Assembly (NCBI GenBank): GCA_964247055.1
Contig: OZ176058.1
Location: 3,596,001-3,660,000 of the forward strand
Source: Paragordius varius
Taxonomy: Eukaryota > Animalia > Nematomorpha
Direction of reading: 5' to 3'
Length of the DNA stretch: 64,000 bases
The first letter of the stretch is position 1. Each line of letters opens with the position of its first letter. Under the pieces are notes generated by a model. That model had not been told where the DNA came from. It was given only the letters and a program-made list of their open reading frames with translations, and did not search any database. Of the stretch, positions 50,618 to 62,170 are shown piece by piece. A program made the translations under genes and the position numbers.

Positions 50618-53400
50618 TAAGGTGACCAGATTTTTTGAAGGAAAAAGCGGGACAAATCTAAAGGGGGGGGTTATGAGGTGGGGTGTACAACCAAAAATTT
50701 TTATACAAAAAATTTATTGTAGTATAACACAAATACATTATAAATATAAAAAAATATTTAATTCCTTGGTATATTTTTTATTTGAGTAAATGCGTTTTAG
50801 CAGATTGTCATCATTTTATAAATTGTAGAAGTCTTCACAAGAATTTGTCAAATTATATTTGACAGATAAAAGGTAAAGTTTCAACATTTAAATTTGATTC
50901 CGATGTCCACATCATCTGATTTACTGTGGAAAAGTAGCAGCGTTGGTTCCATGCAAAGATAATGCAAATTCTACAATTTTTAAAATATTGTATAAAACAT
51001 AGTTTGTTTCAAAATGATGAAATATTTCTAACCATTTCTTTTCTACTGTATTTTTTTCTGTTGTCCATAATTTAAGTTTTTCTATTAATATATTTTATAA
51101 CTAATGATATTTTAAAAAAAAGATATTTTCTGAAAGGTTACTTTTTGGGAATTTTTGGGAGATGCAGAAATGATTTTTGAACATCGCACCAATTAAATTC
51201 TGGTTTTAATGTTATCCAATGAAAATGATTAATTTCATTTAAATTGCACCGTCCAGTCTTACAATAATCTTTACAGTTTGTATAAAACATTTTTAATGGT
51301 ACAGGATATCTTGGCGATTTATTAAGCCTTATTTTTCTAAATTACTTATAATATTGCGGATGGTTACTGGTATAAAATTATTTTATAACCTTACATTGGA
51401 ATTTTAGGTTACTAACTTCATTGGCTACTTCGATTGCCGAAGTTTTGTCACTTTCTATCAATTTAATAACATTTTGAAAGAGAGAAGCTTGATTATGTAG
51501 GAACTCTAACCATATTGAAGAATGACTTTCAAAAACTTTTCCAAAGTTGTAGGACATTTGTCCTGTGATAAAAAAGATTTTAAAGGGTCATACATTTTTA
51601 AAACTCTTTCTATAGCTGGCATAAAAGCTAACCAACGAGTTTTACAATATCCAAGCATTTTTTGATAATGAACTTCTGCATTTTCACAGAATTCTTTAAG
51701 CGTTTCAACACGTACCGTGTATATAAAAATAGGAATATACCTTAACAACTACATTTTCCTCATCCAGGGGTAACAAATCAGCAGGTGTTTGAATAGCGTT
51801 GTGTGTTAGATGCGCTACACACCCAACGTCAATAATGGATTAAGATTATCTGCTAATTACTGAAAATTATTTTTTGTTCTCTCCTTGCTTTTCCACCGAA
51901 GTTCATATTAGTGTTGTCACAGCAATATGCGATGATTTTGTCTTTAAATTATTGTTTCCTAGAATATTCATTATTGAAATAAAATTATGTCGGAATTCGC
52001 ACCGGGTAGAGAAATAAAATTTTAATTTTACTCCGGTTTCTGGACCAAAATATTTTATTAACGTGGGAAATATTTTGTTTCCTGATTTGATACATCAGAG
52101 TATGGCGATATGAAATTAATTTTCAGCAATCTTTTTGTATTCAAAAAATGCATGTGGCGAAAGGACAATGCATACAATGGCTTCAGCCTTTGTACGGGCA
52201 CGAATAACATGTGAGGTACAATCCATAGATCTAAAGGAATGATTGTGATTAACGCGTGAAAAGATAAAACGCCTTGGGCTATGCCAAGTTCTTTTCTTCC
52301 TCTCCAAAAGCGGTTTTACGATAAAATCGCTCATTTTGTAAGATGATGCGACCATATCTAAACATTTTTTATGTTTCTGTGTTTCCATATGCTTTGTAAT
52401 ATCATGCTTACCGCCATGTGGTAGGGTGAATCCCTAACATAAAGCATTTAACAAATGATTCATTCTTCGTTTTTTTGATAAAAGGAAATTCTTTCATTAA
52501 ATGATCGTTAAATTTACAACCTTTTTTTGTACTCATATTTTAAACTAATCTATATATTTATATAAATGGAAAATGCTGGCTTTGTGATCTGGTACCGGAA
52601 AACCGGTAGACCCATTCAAATCCAAACTCCGAAAAAATATAATCATTAATGAATGCCCCGACAATAGCTTCGCAGTTTTTTTGAAATAGGTACCCAGTTC
52701 GGGCCCACCCCGTGTGAAAAACGGGTTTTTTTTGAAAACAGAAGTCCACAAAAATTGTGTCTTTGAGACAATTTTCTGGAGAACGTGTTGGACCATTCAA
52801 TTTCAAATATGATTTTTGTTTACTTATTTTCGATTGCGCCGAACATAGTCGTCTCGCTTTTTTGATTTAGGCCCTCTTTTTACCCGCTCCCTTCGTAAAA
52901 TGCCATTTTTTCAAAAAACGAAGTCCACAAAAATAATTTTTTGAATCTATTTTTCGACCAAGGTATGAGACCGTAAAAAAATAAAGATTCCACGTATTCC
53001 CTGTACCCGAAGAAAACTGACCCGTCATATCGAAATCGCGTGCTTTTGGGGCTTTCCAGAAAGCCTATCAGGCCATATGAGTTCCATAGCTGCTTAATGT
53101 ATTACCCGTAAAAATTCAAAAATTTTAGTCGAGCGGATTTTTGGATTAGCCGTTAAATAGGCCCTTTACGCCCTAAAAATGGGCTATCATTCAACTATTA
53201 TTTAGTTTTGAAGCCATTCTTTAATAAACTATTAGGAATGAACGATGATTCCAGGTAAAAAGCAAATTTTTTATCTAAAATTTTTTATAAAAAATTTAAA
53301 TGAAAAATTTTTTTTTATATATTCGTGAAAAAGCGGGACATTTCAAAAACGCAGCGGAGGCGGGACAAAGTGTGAAAAAGCGGGACGTCTGGTCACCTTA
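50618..53400 (-). mobile_element. Blackjack hAT, first member of a tandem dimer, decayed transposase ~50780-52540
   Basis: Right-type TIR at 50618, left-type TIR ending at 53400, TSD agcatacc on both sides. Confidence 0.93.
52549..53270 (+). mobile_element. Helitron-type insertion in the 5' region of the hAT, 3' end not identified
   Basis: A|TCTATATATTTATATAAATGG start; 52549-52960 is an inverted homolog of 49480-49885; no CTRR end was found, so the right boundary is approximate. Confidence 0.6.
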
Positions 53401-53408
53401 AGCATACC

Positions 53409-55641
53409 TAAGGTGACCAGATTTTTTGAACGAAAAAGCGGGACAAAGAGAGGGGGGAAGGGCATGGGGGAGGGTGACCAAAAATTTTTAAACAAAAATT
53501 TATTGTAATATTGATTTATTTTTAAAACAAATAGATTATAAAAATAAAAAAATATTTCATTTTTTGGTATATTTTTTATTTGATTTGCGTTTAGCAGATT
53601 GTCATCATTTTTTAAAATATTGTAGAAGTCTTCACAAGAATTTGTCAAATTATATTTGACAGATAAAATGGCCTTTAAAGTTTCAACATTTAAATTTGAC
53701 CGATGTCCACACCTGATTTACTTTGGAAAAAACGCGCTCAGTAGCAGTGTTGGTTCCAGGTAAAGATAGTGCCTTTTTAAAATATTATTGTGTGGAACAT
53801 AGTTTGTTTCAAAATGATGAAATATTTCTAGCCATTTCTTTTGTACTGTATTTTTTTCTGTTGTCCATAATTTAAGTTTTTCATTATAAATATTTTTTAA
53901 CTAATGATACTTAAGAAAAAAAAATCATTTTCTGAAAGATTACATTTTGGGAATTTTTGGGAGATGCAGATGTAATCAAATGATTTTTGAACATCGCACC
54001 AATTAAATTTTGGTTTTAATGTTATCCAATGAAAATGAGCAATTTCATTGAATCGCTTCTAAATACTCTTATAAAATTATTTTCTAATCTTTCTTGACAT
54101 TGGAATTTTAGGTTACTAACTTCATTGGCTACGATTGCCGAAATTTTGTCACCTTCTATAAATTTAATTTTGAAAGAGAGAAGCTTGATTATGTAAGAAT
54201 TATAACCATATTTTTGAAGAATCACTTTCAAAAAACTTTTTTATAGTTGTAGGACATTTGTCCTGTGATAAAAAAATATTTAAAAGGATCATCATTTTTA
54301 AAATTCTTTAGATAGCTGGCAGAGCTAACCAACGAGTTTTAATCCAAGCATTTTTTGATATTGAACATCTGCATTTTCACAGAATTCCTTGAGCGTTTCA
54401 AAGCGTACCGTGTATAATATAATTTTAACAACTACATTTTTCACATCTAGGCACTACAAATCCGCGGCTGTTTGAATAGTGTTGTGTATTATATACGCTG
54501 CACACCCAACGCCAATAATGTTTTGATTAAGATTATCTGCTAATTTATGAAAAATATTTTTCGTTTCCCTCCTTGCTTTTCCACCGAAGTTCGTATTGGT
54601 GTTGTCAGCGCAATATGCGATGTGTTTGTCTTTTAAATTATTTTTTCTGGAATGTTTATTATTGAAGTATAAATTATGTCGGAATTTTTACCGGGTAGAG
54701 AAATAAAATCTAAAATTTTAATTTTTACTCCGGTTGGATCAAAATATCTTATTAAAGTGGGAAATAATTTTGTTTCCTTGTGATATGCATCAGAGTATAG
54801 TGATATGAAATTGATTTTCAGCAAATCTTTTTGTATTTGAGCAAACGCATGTGGCGAAAGGACATTGCATACAAAGGCTTTAGCTTTTATACGGGCACAC
54901 ATAATTTTTTATTGAATAAGGTACGAATAACCTGTGAGGTAAAATCCATAGATCTAAAGGATAGATTGTGATTAACGGTGCGGAAAGATAAAACGCTTCG
55001 GGTAGTGCCAAATTCTTTTCTTCCTCTCCAAAAGCGGTTTTTCGATAAAAATCCTTCATTTTGTAAGAGGATTCCGCCATATCTAAATATTTATGTTACT
55101 GTGCTTCCATATGCTTTGTAATATCATGCTTTCCGCCATGTGCTAGGGTGTCCCCCAGCACAAAGAACATTTAAAAATGATTTATTCTTCGTTTTTTTTG
55201 ATAAAAGGAAATTCTTTTATTAATCCATCGTTGAATTTACAACCTCTTTTTATACTCATATTACTAATATTAGTATAAAAAATATTATATTACCTTAATT
55301 TTCTGGACTAAATAAGCTACCGATTCGTGGTATTAATTTGTCTTTTTGATTTGCAGTAGGAGTAGGAACAAAGTGTATAATCATATGATTTAAATTCGAA
55401 AAAAATAAATATTTTTAATTTTAAAAAATTTTAATTTAAAATTGATATAGATATAAAAGATAACTAATTATAAAAAGTTAAAACGGATAAAAAAATAAAT
55501 TTTTATATTAAAATGTATTTCAAAAAACAATTTTTTTTAGGATCGTGAAAAAGCGGGACATTTCAAAACCGTAACGGGACGCGGGACAAAGTGTGAAAAA
55601 GCGGGACTGTCCCGCCAAAAGCGGGACGTCTGGTCACCTTA
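53409..55641 (-). mobile_element. Blackjack hAT, second member of the tandem dimer, decayed transposase ~53570-55260
   Basis: TIRs at 53409 and 55641; TSD agcatacc at 53401-53408 and 55642-55649. Confidence 0.93.
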
Positions 55642-56988
55642 AGCATACCTCCCCCAAAACATAAAAAAGTTGTTTTTTTCCTAGAAAATAAAGGTTATAT
55701 AGAAACCAAATATAAGGAATTTTAAAAATAATATGTTGCGGAAATATAAAAATTTTCCGTTTGATAATTATAATTAAAGTAAACTGAAATAAATTTAATT
55801 TAGCTGAAACTTATATGAAACAAAATGAATTTTCAAAAGATAAATTTACTAAAATATTAATTTATTTTTTGTTTATTTTTGAGGTCGCTTTTTGAGTGAA
55901 AGGTTGGCCTAAATCTGGAGTCTGATATTGATAGTTCCGCCATTTCGCGAATGGCTGCATTCATAAGCAATTTGACCGGTCCAAAACCTAACTCCATGTA
56001 TAATTAGAGCAGAAAATAAAATATTAAAATTAAAGGCCATAGTTTTTTACAGCAAAAAAAACCATTTATTTATTTTAACTTAGGGTACTCTATCGAATTA
56101 TACAAACAAAACTTGTATAAATAAATGGTAATTAAACATATTTATAAAAAAAATTATTTCAAAAAGCAGTACAAAAGTCAGCGCAGTACAGGCGCGGTTT
56201 TTTTCGAAAACCCAGTACTGTACTGCGAAAAACAGCCTATCTGGTCACTTTACCTTAAATAAATTATATTGTGAAATAAATTTTGTTTAAAATTAATATA
56301 ATGTGGAAAATATAATTAATTAAATATGTTATAAAAATATATTTTATATAATGATGATATTTATATAAGCCCGAAAACATATAATTTTTTTGAGGATGAA
56401 TTTGAATTGTTAAAGGGTGAATTTGAATTGTACATGGTATATCCCAATTAATTTTCATATTCTGCGATTTCGAGCATTTATGTTTTATCAAATTTTAAAT
56501 TTAACATCACAATCATTTAATCTAAAAAACAAAAATAGCAATAAAAATTTGGTATAAAAATTATGGTGGATTTAGATAAAAGTTAATATTTTATTTTTTT
56601 TCCATTTTCCATAAACAATTTTTCCTTTTTTCCAAACACGACCGCGTTATTGGCCTTAATTTAGTAATTAAAATTTACCTTTCAAAACTTTGGCATTAGT
56701 AAATGTAAAAATATTTACAAAAAAATAATTTTTCGATATAATTTTTGGGAAAATTTTATTGAAGCCCAGACCATACTGTTTTGAGGTTGATAGCAACTGT
56801 ATATAAATGCTTTATGATTAAAACACTTCCCTATATTATTCGATGATGATAAACATTTTTAATCGGTTCAAATTTCAATTTCACAGCGTGTTTGCTTTTA
56901 AATTTAGGTGAATTTTCGTTAAAAATAAAAATTTATATTTAAAAAATTTTCAAGACGAACGATATTTTAATCAAAATTATGAGACAAT

Positions 56989-57979
56989 GGGTGGGGTTAT
57001 AAAAAGGTCTCACTTGACTTGTAAGTCAAGCGTGGCAAGTTGAGCAAGTTTACTTAAGCCAGCAAGTGTACACTTGAAGATCGGTGATAAAAAAACAGTA
57101 ATGTCAAGTCTTTTTCTTATGAATGTAACATTTTTTTGCCACCCGATTTGAATTTTACAGAAGTTATTTTGATCATTTTCAGCCAAAATTTATGAAATAC
57201 GGCACAATAAGATAAACAATTAATACAATATGCATTTAACGTTTTTCAAACTCACTGGCAAGTATCTTTTTTAATATTAAAGAATTTTTTTGAGCCTGGT
57301 AATAATTTTTAGTTTGATGAAACCATTCGCCCTTAAAACACTTTTCATTTCTTTATCACACTACATTTTGTTTGGAGTCAATTTGCAAATATAATGGGAA
57401 GATGTTTATACAATATAACACATTTATTTTTAATTACATTCGGAATAAATTTATGATGAAATAAATTCTTTACATTAGTTGATGGTGAAGTATCCTTAAG
57501 CGTTCATTAAACGAAGATTGAAATTCAAGATTAATATTTAATTAATAATGAGATTTTCTAGAATTAAATTTTTGCGGGTTCGAGGAATTTGTATATTGAG
57601 CATATTTTTATATGCCATGATTAGCAGAGTTTTTCAAAAAATTTATACTTTTTTGTATCCACCCATTTTGAATAGGTTAAATAGCCAAAATTTATGGAAT
57701 AAAAATTTATATCACTAACAAATGCTTTAATTATACATATAAAGCCTAAACATAAAAAAAAAATTCCAAAATAATTTTATCCATATTTTAAAATCTGTCA
57801 AGTGTGCCCTACACCACACTTGCAAAATCTATAAGTTTTACTTGATCATATGATTTTTATCACCTCCAAATCAAGTTTAACTTAAGTCGTTTTATTTCAA
57901 ATTTTTTTTATCTCATGAAATCAAGTTATGACTTCAAAAACTTGCAAGTCTCAAAAAATTTTTTTTATCACGCCAACTC
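56989..57979. mobile_element. ~1-kb unclassified TIR element rich in cttgacttg/caagtcaag motifs
   Basis: Ends gggtggggttataaaaa and ttttttatcacgccaactc; mirrored acttg/caagt motifs near both ends; related to 1-354 and 3611-3790; no TSD recognised. Confidence 0.6.
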
Positions 57980-58280
57980 GATGCTTCAAAGCCCTTCCTT
58001 AAATGAACACTTTATATTATGTGTATATTAAAATTAGTTAAGAAAGCGTGGTCTTCTATAAGAGTGAACTAATCTAGTAATTAATGTATAACTTTCTAAA
58101 CATTGCTTTCTTATTTGGGTTTAACCGATAACTTATGCGTACGGTTTTAGCTAATGAGATATTACTAACTTAAGTTTGTGATATCTTATATTTTTGATTG
58201 ATTATCTTTTTTGAAAACTCTGATATTTAATTATAATTATATAAAAAAAAATGATTTAAGCCACCTTTCCTCTCGTCCTT

Positions 58281-59780
58281 GAGAGAACACTTGTAAAATG
58301 TCAAACTTTTTAGTTTTTTTGAATGAGGACTGGCGGTTATCTCTGATTGAATCAGGGTTATCCTTAAAATAAAGTTGTGAAGTGGCGTGGGGATATGGAT
58401 GATGGGTTGCTCGAGGTGGTTCACACAACTACTAACAAATATATAGTAAAAATTAAAATATCTGGGTTAACTTAAAAACTAAAAACAGAAATAATTTTTC
58501 TATTTACACACTTGTTGTCATTAACTTACCAAAACGAAAAGTATATTTTTCAATCGATAATAATGTTTTCAAATAAAACAATATTTTATAAAAAAAAAAT
58601 TTAAATGTGGTTCTTTAAGCTTATCATCAAATGGATTCGTTGAGTATTTGACCTCATTATCAGATTCTAAATAAGTAACAGTAATACAAATGCAAATGTC
58701 AGAAAACCTGTAATTTCAATTTGATTAATTAAATTAATTTTTTCTTGTTATATCGATTAAAGATGTAATGTCAAACATTTATTTTTTTACTGGTAATATA
58801 TTTTGTAAAGACACCAATATTCATCATTACATGGTCTATTTTGAATTTTAAAAGTATTAAACACCATTTGTGTGCTTTGGAAAATTTCTAATACCTAAAG
58901 AATCGGGCGGTTACTCTTATTACACGGATTTATAAAATTATCAATTTCAATTTATACATCTTTCGACTATACCATTTAAAATCCTAAGTGCGAAATTAAT
59001 CCTTACTCTAAGTATTTTTGTAACTTTTTTTCAGTTCTAACTTTAATGGCTCTAAATCCGTTCCTAAAATGTTTATCGGTTTTCTCAGGTTCAAGCACAA
59101 ATCTATGATATCTTACTTTTTTCGTTTCCGAAGAACCTCCTTCTTTGATAAATTATCGCTTAAATTATTTAAAGTCGATGCATTTATGTTTTTTAGATTT
59201 CACTTAACGGAATGAAAAATAATATGTATTTGGTTATAATTTGTCTTTCCAAAAAAATATTACCATTAAAAATCAATGTTTGTTGGCTTACACTATAATC
59301 TATACAACAAGAATTACTTATAAATATTCTAATTGTAATTATAGATTTTTTGAATTTATATAACTGTTACTTATTTAGTATCAGAGAATGAGGTCAAATA
59401 CTCAACGAATGATGATAAATTTAAGAAACCAAATTTAAGTTTTATTTGTTTTGTATATTGTTTTATTAAAAACATTATTATCTAAACATACTTTTAGTTT
59501 TGGTAAGTTAATGACAACAAAGGTTTAAATAGAAAGAATATTCCTTTTTTAGTTTAGGTTATGCTTCTTCACATATTTTTAATTTTTACTACATTTGTTT
59601 GTAGTAGGGAACCGCTTAAAACAGCTTTCATCACTCATATTCCGAACCGCTACACAATCTTATTCAGACATTAACCCTGATTCGATCGGTGATAACTATC
59701 AGTCACCGATTGGAAAAAGGGTTTCTTCACTTGAAGATACTAAAAAAAGTTTGATCAACAACAGTTTTACCAGTGTTCTC
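58281..59780. repeat. Old inverted duplication, arms ~58281-58812 and ~59244-59780
   Basis: Shared blocks in opposite orientation: gagaacact, gaatcagggtta, ttgtcattaacttaccaaaac, attcgttgagtatttgacctcatt. Confidence 0.8.
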
Positions 59781-60370
59781 TTAAAGACAATAGATAATCC
59801 AACACCAATCAAGCTGAAACCGCCCCATTCCTAACTAATTGTAATAATCCCCCCACTGCTTTAATCGCAAAAAATAAAGGTTTTCGCGATAGCTCCTCCG
59901 ACTGTTTTTGGTCCCTGTATAGCATTAAATAACGACAAAACATAAGAAGACAAGCTCTTGCCTTTTACCACAAAAGATTTTTTTGGATAGCCACCCCCTT
60001 TCTTCCAATCTTTGTGACAAATGGAAAATCAAAAAGGTTAATAATAATCACAAAAGAAAAAAAATAGTTTACGAGCATTGTCCGATTGCTTCAAAAATAC
60101 CCGAAAAACAAAAACCAACAAGTCAGAAAATGCATTTTCAAGCACAGTCTCAGAACATTTAATAGATTTTTGTAATAGCATATGATAAATAAAAATTGAC
60201 CCTTTTTGCCCTTTTGATTTATGAATTTCGAACTCAAACTAAAATAAGAAATATAATGCTTGTTATGATTAAATTAGCTTTTTTAAATGGTAAACCACAA
60301 CACAACTAGCTTCGACTCCACAAATGGAGAATAGTTATCAAAAAGACATGAATGGGAATGAAAAATAATG
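59590..60370 (-). pseudogene. Possible decayed MFS transporter C-terminal half (paralog of 37740-38290)
   Basis: SGIFEAIG, FVTKIGRKGVAI, FFAIKAVGGLL, LIGVGLSIVF and ENTGKTV across frameshifts resemble the SLC22/SVOP C-terminal half (GRK loop, terminal PETKG). Confidence 0.35.
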
Positions 60371-61579
60371 TGTAAGAAAATTAATTATATGAAAAATTTT
60401 AATTCATCAATTATTTTTTTGAAAATTAAATTTTTGCCTTAAATTTCAATTTTTACTGTAAAATTTTGATAAAGAAGTATGTTCGAAACGGTAAAAACAG
60501 AAACACTTTTTTAATAACATGCGTCCCGTGGTATATATGAAGTGTATATATTCTGATAGGAAAACGTATCGGATATCATGGTGTTAGTGATATTGATCTG
60601 CGAGTCAGTTGAAAATGTTATTTTTTGTGGTAAGTGATCCAATCAAATGGTAAATTTGCCATTTGAAATAATTTATTTTTGATGAAGGGTACTTATTTTC
60701 ATAAAATATCACTAAAATACATTTAACTACATATTTTTAAAAAAATTAATTTTTAGATATAAGCTTCAAAACTCCAAAATTTTTCGCTGTTCTAAGGGCT
60801 AATTATTTTAAACTAAACGAAAAAGGATGGGATTCTGCGATAAAAATTTTAAATATATCCAAATTTTGATATCAACTAAAAATATTTTCAAAAATACAAT
60901 ACTTTTTTGATATAATTTTTCGCAAAATTTTGTTGAAGCGTAGACCATACTGTTTTGAGGTTGATACCAACAGTATATATTTAAAATTACACTTTTCCAT
61001 ATTATTCGATGATGGTAAACATTTATAATCGCATCAAATTTCAATTTTAAAGCTCGCTTGCTTTTGAATTTAGGTGAATTTTAGTAAAAATAATTTATAT
61101 TTAAGAGAATTTTTATTAGAAAGGAATAATTTAATGAAAATATGGGAAATGTACATCATTATCATACTATACAGATAATGTATTTATATCTTAAAGCGTT
61201 TTTATACCGTTTCCATCATGAGCTCAATCATACAACTAAACTAGTAAGTTATGTTAAATAAAATTTAATTATCAAACATTGTTCTCCTAAATTACATCAA
61301 AACTTATATTTTTTTACAGTTTTGTAGCTAAAAAACATAGAGAAAATTAGGACAGCATCAATACACGATTCAATCAAACAGCTGATTTTAAATCAATAAT
61401 TATTATATTAATGTAGGTAAAATGCATATTCAAAGCTTACTTTAGTTATTTATTTACATTTTTACCATAAATTATTTATATTTGCCTATCATATAAACGA
61501 TTTGAAAAACATAAAATAAAAAATGGCGACGAAAAAGTTTGAGAGGTGTATTTTTTAATATTATTTTATATTTTAAAAT

Positions 61580-62170
61580 TTTTTTTATAATGCGCTTAAA
61601 AAGCTAAATAAAGCATATTTTTAAATTCGCCCAAAACCTTTTATAATCAAGATTTTCAAATTTAAAATCGATATGGGATATAAGCATATTCCAAAAGAAA
61701 CTGTTAAGAACGTGCACGAATTTCACCATTTTCTGATATGAAGCAATTACCAGAAAAGTATAATAATTTATGATCTTTGTAAGCCATCATGGTATCCCCA
61801 ACACTCCAATTGTAACGAATAAATCGCATACCACCACCCTAATTATTTGTAAAATATATCGTTACGTTTCGCATGAATTTGATTGTTAAAGAAAAAAACT
61901 TATTTCATATGGTAATAATAGGGCTGTGTTATGTCTACAGTCATCATTAATGTTCATAGTCATCATTATTAAAAATGCAAAAAAGTATGTTGTAACGAAA
62001 ATAAAATTTGGCAAAATTGTATGATTATATTACGTAATAAACAGATTTGAAATTATAACTGGTTATTTTGAAAAGCGGCGGTCATTAATACATTTAAATC
62101 AGAGGTATCCAACACGCTGCTTCGAGACTTTATGTGCGTCCCGCGAAAAATTTGGAATCCATAATTTACT
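61580..62170 (-). pseudogene. Paralog of the SLC22-like remnant 40250-40840
   Basis: Colinear; RVVVCDLFVTIGVLG and the FAG and GYL/SD segments are retained. Confidence 0.45.

Larger units (their letters stand above)
49090..56252. mobile_element. Second Blackjack-type hAT family element hosting nested insertions (own sequence ~1.5 kb)
   Basis: TIR TAATGTGACCAGATA / TATCTGGTCACTTTA; perfect TSD ccttaaat (49082-49089, 56253-56260); empty site at 36265-36272; gcgcagtaca subterminal motifs at both ends. Confidence 0.9.

Noticed and set aside
49640-52806. Similar ORFs at 49640-50006 and 52545-52806 as a small gene family
   Set aside because: They are overlapping chance frames within the shared 5' segment of the Helitron-type repeats.
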